Shown here in pieces: positions 21,371 to 31,640 of a stretch of 49,695 bases of DNA. A program made the position numbers and the translations under genes. Source of the DNA: an uncultured archaeon. GTDB lineage: Archaea > Asgardarchaeota > Thorarchaeia > Thorarchaeales > Thorarchaeaceae. Position 1 is the first letter of the stretch. Each line of letters opens with the position of its first letter. The notes beneath the pieces were generated by a model. It did not search any database. It saw only the letters and a list, made by a program, of their open reading frames with translations, and was not told the origin of the DNA. Where the stretch lies: positions 37,967 to 87,661 of the forward strand of contig CAZSWP010000011.1 of NCBI GenBank assembly GCA_964610875.1, in the 5' to 3' direction.

Positions 21371-21934
21371 CTATCTGAGAGGTTCACCACAGTTTGGGCA
21401 CGAAACTGCATTTGGTGATATCCCAGATTTTCCACAATATGGACAAGATGTTGACGTGCCAATGATTTTCAGAGGCTCTGGGGTGGTATCAACTCTGCCA
21501 TAAGTGGCACGCATTGAAACAATACCTGCAAGCATGGCAAGTATTCCAGATAATACTGCTGGGAATGCTCCAATTATAACGAGGGTTCCTAAATACCCAA
21601 ATCCGGAAACAATGGTATAGCCTGCCAATATTAGCACTGCTAATCCAGTCATACATCCACACGTGATTGCGTTTGCCGTTTCAGCCGTTTCTTCATACCA
21701 ACCTCCACCAACACTTCGCCTTGTCGTACCAGTTATTCCAAAACCAGTTTTAGCGAATATCGCACCCACAAAAAACAGAGCTGCAAGTATTAATTCCATC
21801 CAACTATATATTGGCAGTTCTGCACCTAGTATCTCAATAGAGACATACAAAACTACTGTTTCTATTATCATCAAAATTGCTGATGCTAAGTAGAGTTTAT
21901 AGCTAAGACTCGAACTGACTGTATGTATACTCAT
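21371..21934 (-). CDS. Four-TM membrane protein with C-terminal zinc ribbon
   Basis: Four hydrophobic segments and CPYCG...CPNCG at the C-terminus. ATG 21934 follows GGAG. Confidence 0.78.
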   Translation of the reverse strand: MSIHTVSSSLSYKLYLASAILMIIETVVLYVSIEILGAELPIYSWMELILAALFFVGAIFAKTGFGITGTTRRSVGGGWYEETAETANAITCGCMTGLAVLILAGYTIVSGFGYLGTLVIIGAFPAVLSGILAMLAGIVSMRATYGRVDTTPEPLKIIGTSTSCPYCGKSGISPNAVSCPNCGEPLR

Positions 21935-22119
21935 TATATCTCCCTTCGGTTTCCTTGAAATCCAAGAATCTCTCAACCAATATTATGTGCATATGCTTGA
22001 TTCTAATAAGAACACCGAAATCCGGATTTTTTGAGAGATTCCTCTATTGACTTTGCAAAAATGGCGCAATCATACTAGGATATGTACTCAAGCCATTCTT
22101 ATTTTGTATTGCATAGCCA

Positions 22120-22500
22120 TTATTGCAGTGCAATGGCTTCAATCTCAATTCCTACATCCTTAGGCAATCTTGCTACTTGAACTGCAGCTCTTGCGGGTGG
22201 TTTCTCTGTGAACCACTTTGAATACTCTGCATTCATCTCTGAAAAGTCATCCATATCTCTTAGAAAAACAGTTACCTTGACAACTTTATCCATACTCGAA
22301 CCTGCAGCCTCGATAACGGCCATTACATTCGCCAAACATTGGTTTGTCTGCTCAGTAATGGGTCCAGTAAAAATCTCTCCGGTTTCAGGATTCGCTGGTA
22401 TCTGTCCAGAACAGAATACGAATCCATTACCTGCCACACCCTGTGAATATGGGCCAATTGCTTTAGGCGCACCATCCGTTTCGATTATCTTTCTTGTCAT
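22120..22500 (-). CDS. ridA: RidA family enamine/imine deaminase
   Basis: APKAIGPYSQG, SGQIP, VVKVTVFL, PPARAAVQVARLP and IEIEAIA motifs. Confidence 0.95.
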   Translation of the reverse strand: MTRKIIETDGAPKAIGPYSQGVAGNGFVFCSGQIPANPETGEIFTGPITEQTNQCLANVMAVIEAAGSSMDKVVKVTVFLRDMDDFSEMNAEYSKWFTEKPPARAAVQVARLPKDVGIEIEAIALQ

Positions 22501-22537
22501 TGTTGTTCAATCAATCATAGATGTTACCACAATTAAT

Positions 22538-23407
22538 CTATTCCTGTTTCTTTGCTCGTTTTTTGGCAAGAAACTCTGCCTCTGTTCTTTTGTATCCGGA
22601 GGCATATAGATAATCAAGAATGTCATCATGTTTGTCCTCAACCCAGAATACAACCTTCTTTGACTGAATCTCACAGTGAGCTTTTCTTACTACTTCCTTT
22701 CCATATCCTTGTTTGAAAGCGAATGACACAACTGTACAATCCTTGAGGTTGCTGTCTGTTTCCAGTTGAATGAATCCAACAATAGAACTTGTTTCTGGCT
22801 CAGTCATGACATAACAAGTTCCCCCTCGGATAGCGTACTCCCAACTTACAGGATCTCTATTCCCCCAATAGGTGTCTGGTTCAAGATGGATAAGAAGAGG
22901 GACATGATCCAGTTTTGCCAATTCGACTTGTAGCTCACTATCACTTGGGTCTCCCAAAGCTGGACCGTCAAGACGAAGGATGAGTGATTGAATTCCATAA
23001 TCTAGGGTTTCGATGAACTCTACAGCGTCAAGACTATCTGTTTTGAGTGCTATTGCATGATGAGTAACATTACTTGAATGCTCTATGAATGCTTGTTCAG
23101 ACTCCTCAACAATGGCTCTCCCAACTCCTTTCTTACGAAACTCAGGTGATACTGCAAGCTCCCAAATAACTCCCATTCCAAGAGTGGTTATCATCAAGTT
23201 GATAGTTACACCAACAATCTTCCCTTCGACCTCTGCGACTCTCCAGAGTGATTTTAAATCACCATTCACAAGACTACGATTCCACCAACGTGCAAAAGTA
23301 GCGAAGGATATGTCACTCACATCAGGTATACCTGTTTTGTATACTTCGTAGAACTCAGTTTTTTCATTGTCTTTTGGTGGTCTCACAATTATATCATTCA
23401 TAGTCAT
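22538..23407 (-). CDS. GNAT family N-acetyltransferase (tandem domains)
   Basis: LAVSPEFRKKGVGRAIV acetyl-CoA motif A, plus a degenerate second domain (KQGYGKEVV...YLYASGY). Confidence 0.85.
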   Translation of the reverse strand: MTMNDIIVRPPKDNEKTEFYEVYKTGIPDVSDISFATFARWWNRSLVNGDLKSLWRVAEVEGKIVGVTINLMITTLGMGVIWELAVSPEFRKKGVGRAIVEESEQAFIEHSSNVTHHAIALKTDSLDAVEFIETLDYGIQSLILRLDGPALGDPSDSELQVELAKLDHVPLLIHLEPDTYWGNRDPVSWEYAIRGGTCYVMTEPETSSIVGFIQLETDSNLKDCTVVSFAFKQGYGKEVVRKAHCEIQSKKVVFWVEDKHDDILDYLYASGYKRTEAEFLAKKRAKKQE

Positions 23408-23815
23408 ATCACACTCACCTTATTTTATGCTATCAGAAGTTATTACAACAGCTGTATATTTAGATGACGCAGTGAATATGAGTGTAAAAGTGGAATCTCA
23501 AAAGCATTTTCATTAAAATTAATCGAATAAGTTCATGTGATAATAATATGTAGCTGGGAGTTCTAATTGCTGGCGTTCTTGTTTCTCTGACAATTTTTAG
23601 CTATTATATGGGGCGTGGTGACAAGAATCAATGTTCTTCAGATAGAACATTTGGTAGTTCTATGTATCGTTCTAAAGCATGTGACAGCGAGTTCTTTCCT
23701 CCACCTAGTAGAAGAATACGATAGAGCAGTTTCTGGCAGTGATTTGGGTCCAGCTGGGTAGTACCTTTAAGTAACTGTCATTTTTAGAATTCTGTTCATT
23801 ATATGGTGGCAATAA

Positions 23816-24403
23816 TTGAGTGTTGATTCATCTGAGGAAAATGAAAGCAAGCTTCTGAAAAGGATCAAAGACGACTTCAAGAGATATGATCTCTCTCCTC
23901 CTGAAAGGATTTCTATTCGGGAGGAAAAAATTTCCTTCAAGGAACCGTAAATTTCTTCTGAGAATAATACATTAATTCTTGTCAGAAGAGATGAAACTAA
24001 GCAGTATGATCTTCAAATTGCATGGATTATTGCACTTACAAGAGCAAATACCCATAAAGATTGGAAACTTCGATTTTCAGTTAGATCAGAAGTACTTCTC
24101 GCAGTTCTGATGTTTATTGATTTCATAGTGAATATTATTGCAGCTAACTACTTCGATATGATAATTGGTCTTGTGTTCTTTGCGGTTATCCAGTTCTCTC
24201 TACTTTTACTCACATGGTATACTCTGAAAGGGAAAGAAATGCGAGTGAAACTCATCACAGATTCTATGTTGGATTCCGGAACTTGGCCTGAGTCTAAAGC
24301 TGATGTTTACTTTAGATCACACTCTGGTCTTACAGTAACATATCCCGCAATTGGAATTTTGGTGGTTACTCTTCTAGGATGGCTTCTCTATCTTCCATAT
24401 TAG
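23816..24403 (+). pseudogene. Small membrane protein gene interrupted by an in-frame TAA
   Basis: The frame from TTG 23816 is continuous with ORF 24110-24403 except for one TAA at 23948-23950. The C-terminal part has 3 TM segments. Confidence 0.55.
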
Positions 24404-24488
24404 GTTGTTCTACATGTTTTGGTATTGTTTTCAGTAATTGTTTGTCATTTCAGGACTGTGTTAGAATCCAAGTAATTGATGTTTTTGT

Positions 24489-26522
24489 TCATTTTTTAAT
24501 CAATATCTCATGCTCATCGAAAATGCTTCTACTCGAATTTCCAATGAATATTCTATACACTCCAGGTTCTAATCGCCAATCGTGTCTTTTGATGTCATAG
24601 TATGCAAGGTCTCTCGCATTGATCTTGATTACGCTCTTAGCTTTTTCTTTATCTTTGATGTATATCTTCTTGAACCCAACTAACTCTTGTTTTGGTCGTT
24701 GTACTGCAGAATCTTCTATGCTTGCATATACTTGGATTACTTCCGAACCAATTCGTGGCCCAATATTCTCAAGCTCAACCTTCACTTCAAAACGATCGTC
24801 CATTTCATAAACTGTGGAACTCTCAATCAAGGAACTACCAAATATGAAATCAGTGTAGGAAAGTCCGAATCCAAATGGGAACAAGGGTTCAATCTCTTTA
24901 GTGTCAAACCAACGGTATCCTACTAGTATACCTTCTTCGTAATGGACATTCTTTTCTTCATCACCAGGATATGTCTTAGGATATCCTGTGCTATGTGCTG
25001 GTGAATCACTCAATATCTTCGGGAATGTAATGGGCAACTTACCTGAAGGTGATGTATCACCAAAGAGTACATTAGTAATCGCACGACCTGATTCCATCCC
25101 TGCATACCATGCAATCAAAACAGTAGGAACATTATCTAACCAATCATCCATTGAAATTGGACTGCCTGCAATCAATACAACTATTGTATTTGGATTGACC
25201 TTAGCTGTTTCGATTATAAGACTGATTTGTTCTCCTGGAAGTTTCAGAGTTTTCCTATCTGCTGTTTCAGAGTCCTTACCTTTTCCATGGTCTAGACCCG
25301 CAAAAATGATTGCGATGTCTGCTTTCTCAGGGTCATCAGTGAAACAATCTTTTCCTATCCGCTCTTTCAATCCTTCATAGGGAGTGATTTCGTATAGTGG
25401 GACGACAGCTGAAGAACCTCCATAGAGTAGCTTCCCAAACTTTTTCTTCAGATTTGGTCCTGCAACGAAGATTGTAGTAGCATCATTAGGATTTAACGGA
25501 AGGAGGTCTGAATCGTTCTTTAGAAGAACCATTCCTTCCTCTGCTATTTTTCTCGAGAGTTCCTGATGTTCTGGAGAATTTCGATAATCATGTCTTGGAG
25601 AATCTCCATTTTCGAAAGCACCACAAAGGAACATCACTCTTAGTATACGAAGAACCAGATCATCTATTGCTTCTTCTGAAAATAGTTTTTTCTCAAAAGA
25701 TTTCTGAAGAGAGCCTGTTTTGTACCTGGCAGGCCAAGGCATCTCCAATGAGAGACCTCCATTAACACAACCTTCTGTTGTTTCAATTGGTCTTGTTGCA
25801 AACCAATCTGAAACCACAAATCCATCGAAATTCCATCTCTCCATTAAGATATCTCGGATTAGGTACTTGTGCTCACAGCCATAGGTACCATTCACTTTGT
25901 TATAGGAACCCATAACTGCCCATGGATCTGCTTCAATTACGGTTTCACGAAAAGCTCTAAGATAAATCTCATGAAGTGTTCGTTCATCAACAACAGAATT
26001 GCTGGACCTACGGTCCGTTTCTTGATTATTCGCAGCATAGTGTTTCAAGCATGCCCCAATTCCCTCTTCCTGAACACCTTTGACAAAAGGTATAGCCATC
26101 TCTTTTGTTAGATGGGGGTCTTCACTAAAGTATTCGAATGTTCTGCCATTCAACGGGGTTCTATGAATATTGGTACCGGGTGCAAGTAACATATGCCGAC
26201 CAATGGAAGCTACTTCTCGTGCAATTGCTTTTCCCATTGCTCGTGGGAGGTCTCTATTCCAAGTTGCAGCAAGTGCTATAGTAGCTGGAAATCGTGTACA
26301 TTTTTTGAAACTCCCAGAATGTCTGGCAACACCCAATGGTCCATCTGTCATTTTAAAAGAGGGTATTTCCAATCGTTTGATCGGATCTGTTACATAAAAT
26401 CGCCTTCTGGCATTGCTAGTGAGTAGCTTAAATTTTTCCTCCAATGTGAGTCCAGCTAGCATTTCCCTAGCTTTAGATTCAACATACCTCTTCCGTTCAA
26501 CGTAGACATCCTTATTGTTCAT
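24489..26522 (-). CDS. GH3 beta-glucosidase / beta-xylosidase (cytoplasmic)
   Basis: MTDGPLGV, RTPLNGRTFEYFSEDP, CLKHY and VVSDW (nucleophile), YEEGILVGYRWFD, FPFGFGLSYT, and a C-terminal FN3-like domain. Confidence 0.95.
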   Translation of the reverse strand: MNNKDVYVERKRYVESKAREMLAGLTLEEKFKLLTSNARRRFYVTDPIKRLEIPSFKMTDGPLGVARHSGSFKKCTRFPATIALAATWNRDLPRAMGKAIAREVASIGRHMLLAPGTNIHRTPLNGRTFEYFSEDPHLTKEMAIPFVKGVQEEGIGACLKHYAANNQETDRRSSNSVVDERTLHEIYLRAFRETVIEADPWAVMGSYNKVNGTYGCEHKYLIRDILMERWNFDGFVVSDWFATRPIETTEGCVNGGLSLEMPWPARYKTGSLQKSFEKKLFSEEAIDDLVLRILRVMFLCGAFENGDSPRHDYRNSPEHQELSRKIAEEGMVLLKNDSDLLPLNPNDATTIFVAGPNLKKKFGKLLYGGSSAVVPLYEITPYEGLKERIGKDCFTDDPEKADIAIIFAGLDHGKGKDSETADRKTLKLPGEQISLIIETAKVNPNTIVVLIAGSPISMDDWLDNVPTVLIAWYAGMESGRAITNVLFGDTSPSGKLPITFPKILSDSPAHSTGYPKTYPGDEEKNVHYEEGILVGYRWFDTKEIEPLFPFGFGLSYTDFIFGSSLIESSTVYEMDDRFEVKVELENIGPRIGSEVIQVYASIEDSAVQRPKQELVGFKKIYIKDKEKAKSVIKINARDLAYYDIKRHDWRLEPGVYRIFIGNSSRSIFDEHEILIKK

Positions 26523-26612
26523 GACATTGTGGTCTCCATCTCAGAACAACCTCTCCACGAATAGATGGACTAAAATTAGTTCCGTCGAATAGCGTTGGTA
26601 TCAACTAATAAA

Positions 26613-27230
26613 TTAAGCCACCTTCTTGGCGAATATCCAATATTGTCTTTCTCCCCCCAGCTTGAGAACACCATCGAATTCTATCTCAAAACCAGCTTCT
26701 TTTACATCAGCTAATGTCTTACTCGGGTTGTTATTACTCCATAGCATTGGTTGTCCAAAGAAATTACTCATTCCTTCAGATTCAAAGACACCTGTGTTTA
26801 AGACAAGAATCCCTTCTTTCTTTAACATTCTATGGAAATTAAATATTATCGAAAAATGGTTTGCTCTCGGAATATGCCATAGTGTGTACACGCAAATGAT
26901 TCCATCAAACGACTCATTGGGAAAATCAAGTTCTAGAATATTCTTTTGAAGGAATTGAGCTTCAGGAACATTAGCTTGAGCTAGCTCTATCATCCGTTTG
27001 GAAATGTCAACACCAACAACTGTGAATCCTTTCTTCGTGAGAAATTCTGATGTTGGTTTTCCAACTCCACATCCCGCGTCCAACACCTGACCCGAAGGTG
27101 GTATTAGTTTTATAAATCTCTTCAATTCTCCCAAGAATTTCTTGTTATCTCGGTTGTTATGATAGATCTCTCCCATCTTGTCATAGCTTTCTTCTATGGT
27201 TCTGAATATATCCAAAACTATCAATTCCAT
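26613..27230 (-). CDS. Class I SAM-dependent methyltransferase
   Basis: VLDAGCGVG, VGVDIS, FDGIICVYTLWHIP and LKKEGILV motifs. Confidence 0.92.
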   Translation of the reverse strand: MELIVLDIFRTIEESYDKMGEIYHNNRDNKKFLGELKRFIKLIPPSGQVLDAGCGVGKPTSEFLTKKGFTVVGVDISKRMIELAQANVPEAQFLQKNILELDFPNESFDGIICVYTLWHIPRANHFSIIFNFHRMLKKEGILVLNTGVFESEGMSNFFGQPMLWSNNNPSKTLADVKEAGFEIEFDGVLKLGGERQYWIFAKKVA

Positions 27231-27334
27231 ATTCTATGAATGTTAGACCCACTAGATTTGTAACTATATTGAGTTTCGGATATGCCATTATTTGTCCAGA
27301 AACGAACTGTGAATTAAAAAATTACACTAGCTTG

Positions 27335-29125
27335 CTAGAGGGGCCAGAATAGCAAAATTAGTGGAATTGAAACTGCTATGACGATGAGTGATAGAGGTAT
27401 TCCAACTCGCAGATAGTCACTGAATTTGTAACCTCCTGGTCCCATGACTAATGTACATATGTGATTTCCAAACGGAGTAAGAAAGTTACTTGATGCTCCA
27501 ATTGTGAGAGCCATTAGAAATGAGTCAATTGAAACACCTAAAGTTATTGCAACACTAACAGCTATTGGAGCCATGAGGATTGCTACTGCTGCATTGTTCA
27601 ATATTGCGGATAGTAATAACGCTACCAGCATTACAATAATCAATGCTGCAATTGGATGAATTGACCCACCAATATCAAGTAAGAAATTCGCAATCAATTG
27701 GGTCCCTCCTGTATTTTCTAAAGCTTCTCCAACCGGAATCATTGCTCCAATGAGTATTATCACTGGCCAATTGATACTCTTGTAAGCATCATTGGGTGAA
27801 ATCAGACCTGAGATGATCATAGCTACTGCTGCAAAAGTAAATGAGATTTGGACAGGTAAAATGTTAAGAATGGTCAAAGCAATTGCCGCACCAAAAATGC
27901 CTATTGCAAGTGCCACTTGACGAGGTTGTCCAAGTCTGATATCCCGTTCGATAAGTGATAAGCATCCAAGTGTAATCAAGGTTTCTTGCATCTTATCAGT
28001 TGGAATCTGAAGAAGCAGAACATCACTAACCTTTAATCGAATATTACCCAGACGTGCACTCAATCTTCTTCCTTGGCGTGAAATTGCTAGTAGATTCACT
28101 CCGTAGTTAGCGTGAAGATTCAACTGTCTTGCACTTTTATCTTGCATCACTGAATCCGATGCTATCACAACTTCTATCGTGGTCACTTCATCTGTTTCCA
28201 GATACGAATCCTCATCCATTACCTTTCCAATAAGTTCTAATTCAGCAGAATCGACGAGCATCTTTAGTTCATCTGTGTTCCCTCTAACTATCAAATGATC
28301 ACCTGCTCGTAGCTTTCTCCTTGTAGAGGGCAATCGAATTTGATCTTTACCTCGTATTAATGTAATAATCGCGACATCATCTTCTGCTATTTCTTCGAGG
28401 TCTTTGATACGTTTGTTAACAATCGTTGATTTTTCAGGAACACGGACCTCTGTTACAAATGTCTTTACATGAGCTATAGAATCACTTTTATCTCCCATCC
28501 GAAGAGGGATTATTCTCCATCCAACTAAAGATAAGAATAAGAATCCTGCAAAAGCGACTCCAACGCCCACAGGAGCAAAGTCAAACATAGTGAATGATGA
28601 ATCGTTGTATTGACCCCTAAATAGTGCAATTATAATATTTGGAGGTGAACCAATTAATGTGACTAATCCTCCAAGCATCGAACCAAATGCTATTGGCATT
28701 AGAACAGTTGATTGTGACATTTTATTTTTCTGTGCTATTCGTATCGCTACTGGCATTAAAATCGCGAGAGCACCAATATTGTTCATGAAAGAGGAAAGGA
28801 GAACTGCTAACCCAGTGAGGGTTGATATCAGTACTAACGGATTATCTCCTACACGAGAGGTAAGTCTGGCAATTGAGTCGACGAATCCAGAGTTGATCAA
28901 TCCCCCACTGATTATTAACACTGCTGCTACTGTGATAACAGCTGGGTGGCCAAAACCAAGGAATACTCTATCGAATGGAACTGCGCCAACTAATGTCACT
29001 GCTAACAAAGCTATGAGAGCTACAATGTCATATCTCAATTTATCGATAGAGAACAGAATAAGAGTAACAAGCAAAACTAGCAAAACTAGTGTTAATTCGA
29101 ACGATATGACCTGCAACCAGTTCAC
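27335..29125 (-). CDS. SLC13/DASS (CitMHS-like) permease with two TrkA-C domains
   Basis: SSFMNNIGA, TLIGSPPNII, LNNAAVA and FLTPFGN...VMGPGGYKFSDY motifs, with a central soluble RCK-C pair. Confidence 0.92.
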   Translation of the reverse strand: MNWLQVISFELTLVLLVLLVTLILFSIDKLRYDIVALIALLAVTLVGAVPFDRVFLGFGHPAVITVAAVLIISGGLINSGFVDSIARLTSRVGDNPLVLISTLTGLAVLLSSFMNNIGALAILMPVAIRIAQKNKMSQSTVLMPIAFGSMLGGLVTLIGSPPNIIIALFRGQYNDSSFTMFDFAPVGVGVAFAGFLFLSLVGWRIIPLRMGDKSDSIAHVKTFVTEVRVPEKSTIVNKRIKDLEEIAEDDVAIITLIRGKDQIRLPSTRRKLRAGDHLIVRGNTDELKMLVDSAELELIGKVMDEDSYLETDEVTTIEVVIASDSVMQDKSARQLNLHANYGVNLLAISRQGRRLSARLGNIRLKVSDVLLLQIPTDKMQETLITLGCLSLIERDIRLGQPRQVALAIGIFGAAIALTILNILPVQISFTFAAVAMIISGLISPNDAYKSINWPVIILIGAMIPVGEALENTGGTQLIANFLLDIGGSIHPIAALIIVMLVALLLSAILNNAAVAILMAPIAVSVAITLGVSIDSFLMALTIGASSNFLTPFGNHICTLVMGPGGYKFSDYLRVGIPLSLIVIAVSIPLILLFWPL

Positions 29126-29209
29126 TCCTAATATGAGAATAATTATAGCCCAGATTAAGATTCATTTCCAATTAATACTTATTTATTCCGAATCGTGTTA
29201 ATATGATTA

Positions 29210-30178
29210 TCATGGAGGCGGTGGTGGTACATGAAATCCTCTGACAATCTTGGTCCCAGTTTCTCCTGCCAATGCTCGTGTAATATTTGGAGGGTCCGTA
29301 ATGATTGCCATTTCCCCTCCTTTTTTGATGAAATCTATGCATGCTTCAATCTTTGGAGCCATACTACCAAGTGCAAAGTGTCCTTCTGCCATATATCTCT
29401 CAGCTTGTATATGATCCATCTCGTCAATGGCTTGTTGGTTCTCTTTTCCAAAGTTGAGGTATACCTTCTCAACAGCAGTGGATATAACCAAGACATCTGC
29501 ATCTAATCCGTTTGCTAGTAGTGCTGAGGCTCTGTCTTTGTCAATGACTGCCGCTATACCTTCCAGATTTCCTTCCTCATCTTCAACGACGGGAATTCCT
29601 CCTCCCCCAACCGCATATACTATGATACCTGCTTGGATGAGAGCCCGTATTGCAGGAAGTTCAATTATCTTCTTCGGATAGGGGGATGGAACAACCCTTC
29701 TCCACCCGCGCCCTGAGTCTTCCTTAATTTGCCATCCATCGTCATTCTCACGCTTCTTTGCTTCCTTCTCTTCCATGAATGAACCAACGGGTTTGGCAGG
29801 GTTTTCGAAAGCTGGATCTTCCTTGTCAACCAATACTTGAGTAACAACAGCAGCTACAGGTTTGTGTCTACCCCTTTTCTTGAACTCATTATACATTGCA
29901 CGTTCGATCATATACCCAATGGCTCCTTGAGTATCTGCTCCGCAATAGTCTAAAGGTACTTCATGTAATTCGTGGGCAGCTAATTCTGATCTGCGAAGAA
30001 TGAATCCAACTTGTGGTCCATTTCCCGAGGTTATGACCACGTCCCAACCCTGCTCAATCATATCTGCAATGTGCTTGCATGTTTCCGCAGTTGCAATATA
30101 CTGATCGGGGATTGTCTTGTGAGCTTTATCTCTGATCAATGAGTTTCCACCAATAGCAACGACTGCTTTCTTAAACAT
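29210..30178 (-). CDS. arcC: Carbamate kinase
   Basis: VAIGGNSL, SGNGPQVG, TQGAIGY, RRVVPSPYP, GGGGIPV, AVIDKD and GSMAPKI motifs. Confidence 0.96.
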   Translation of the reverse strand: MFKKAVVAIGGNSLIRDKAHKTIPDQYIATAETCKHIADMIEQGWDVVITSGNGPQVGFILRRSELAAHELHEVPLDYCGADTQGAIGYMIERAMYNEFKKRGRHKPVAAVVTQVLVDKEDPAFENPAKPVGSFMEEKEAKKRENDDGWQIKEDSGRGWRRVVPSPYPKKIIELPAIRALIQAGIIVYAVGGGGIPVVEDEEGNLEGIAAVIDKDRASALLANGLDADVLVISTAVEKVYLNFGKENQQAIDEMDHIQAERYMAEGHFALGSMAPKIEACIDFIKKGGEMAIITDPPNITRALAGETGTKIVRGFHVPPPPP

Positions 30179-30266
30179 AGTATCACACTTCTGAAAGGGG
30201 GGTCAACTTTGATAACTATACCCTTCTTAAACAAATGGGTTCATACAATATCCTGAATTTGTAATC

Positions 30267-31541
30267 TTATGGAATATCAGCGTTTTTATTTAGTTTGCAG
30301 AGATACTCCTCGAATTCATCTACAACTCTTTTGTCTTCTTCTCTCTCTTCCACGAATCTCTCAAGCAGTGTTTCATGTTCTGCAATCAATCTAGTGATGT
30401 CACTTTGATCATCAGAAATCCCTTCTAAGTTTAATACTCTCTCTTGTAACTCGGCTATTTTAGGATACATCTCTATTGCTTGATTATGACGTAGCCAGAT
30501 CTCTCGATTGATTTTCTCTCTTCTCCACCAATAGGATGTAGGATTATACTGTTTTCCACCTATGTTGAATCCTGCATATATATCTGGGTCTTCAAATCGA
30601 AACGGCCAATAGACACTCAAACAAGGTGATGATGAACCAGTAAACAAATGAACTGGAGAGTTTCGCAAGATTGATATTTGACTTCCAGTGGTGCTGTATG
30701 CGTTTTCATGTGAGGGATGCTGACAAACAGCTGCTTGCTCTTGATTCCAGGGTGTCCAGTTAGATGGATGGCTTTGAAGGATTGATGCAATGTCATTGAA
30801 GCTCAGTTCACCTTTCTTTTCAGCAAGACTTTTCCTTGTGAACTCTAAACGGTCATCACAACGTGCAAGATACCTCATTGCAGTATTTCCATAGGCTTCT
30901 GCAAAGTTAAAATCCTCTTCCCTCTCACACCACCCTTCTTCTATTGCATGATTTATGATATCCTTGCTACTAAAGTCCCAATTCTCACCAATAGTGTACG
31001 CGTTGGATATTGAACGAACATCAGTGACTTTTTCAGCTACCCATCTTCTATCAGATGTTTCAAGCACCCACGCTGAGTTCCTATCTGCGATTATGAATGA
31101 ATTGTGGTACATCATGATTCCATCTTGTTCACAGACTCCACCCTGGCCATGGGTTTCAAGGAGTGTGATGATGATATCCAAAGTATCTTTCGCTGTGTTT
31201 CCTCGCTCAAGCCCCAGACGCAAAAGATCCATTCCCAAAAGCCCTGTTTCAGGGACTGCTTCATTGGAAAATACCGCTTCGTTTCCAATAACAACTCCAT
31301 GCTCGTTTGCACCCATCTCTGCTCCCCACATCCAATGCGGTTTACTGAGATAGACTGCATGAGTCTTTGATACTTGTGGAATTTCGATATACGTGCACTT
31401 GAGTTGGTCTTCTGATTCATATTCCTTTGATGGGTAGTAGACAATGAGTTGAGCTTCATTCGGAGGTCTGTCACTGTTCTTACCAAATAGTGTCTTGCCA
31501 TCAATAGTTGAATTTCCCAATGCGACAATTGTATCACACAT
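30267..31541 (-). CDS. C69 family dipeptidase / secernin-like Ntn hydrolase
   Basis: MCDT N-terminal nucleophile, FGKNSDRPPNEAQ, WGAEMGANEHGVVIGNEAV and LLGMDLLRLGLER. Confidence 0.93.
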   Translation of the reverse strand: MCDTIVALGNSTIDGKTLFGKNSDRPPNEAQLIVYYPSKEYESEDQLKCTYIEIPQVSKTHAVYLSKPHWMWGAEMGANEHGVVIGNEAVFSNEAVPETGLLGMDLLRLGLERGNTAKDTLDIIITLLETHGQGGVCEQDGIMMYHNSFIIADRNSAWVLETSDRRWVAEKVTDVRSISNAYTIGENWDFSSKDIINHAIEEGWCEREEDFNFAEAYGNTAMRYLARCDDRLEFTRKSLAEKKGELSFNDIASILQSHPSNWTPWNQEQAAVCQHPSHENAYSTTGSQISILRNSPVHLFTGSSSPCLSVYWPFRFEDPDIYAGFNIGGKQYNPTSYWWRREKINREIWLRHNQAIEMYPKIAELQERVLNLEGISDDQSDITRLIAEHETLLERFVEEREEDKRVVDEFEEYLCKLNKNADIP

Positions 31542-31594
31542 CAGACATCAAGTATAGAAATAGGTAACCTATACTGTTTATTCTTTGGGTAGAA
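31409..31594. repeat. Direct repeat copy A (C69 5' end and promoter); partner at 35750-35935
   Basis: Gap-free alignment at offset 4341. 31409-31487 is identical to 35750-35828 (79 bp); the rest is diverged. Confidence 0.95.
31551..31575. promoter_or_regulatory. Palindromic operator AGTATAG-N11-CTATACT upstream of C69
   Basis: Perfect 7-bp arms, conserved in copy B (35892-35916) although the spacer differs. Lies 10-34 nt upstream of the ATG, just downstream of an AATAAA TATA-like box. Confidence 0.6.
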
Positions 31595-31640
31595 CCGCAA
31601 ATGAACAATTCTAAGAAATGGAACAGAAATGTAGCTCATA

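Noticed and set aside
23408-23815. Possible ncRNA or tRNA in the 400-bp intergenic gap (IR AATGTTCT/AGAACATT at 23630-23651)
   Set aside because: AT-rich, no cloverleaf or T-loop motif, and one short IR is not enough support.
28659-29201. 180-aa plus-strand ORF and similar antisense ORFs (e.g. 40358-40852, 9122-9577, 31112-31537)
   Set aside because: They overlap well-supported genes on the opposite strand or in another frame and carry no motifs.
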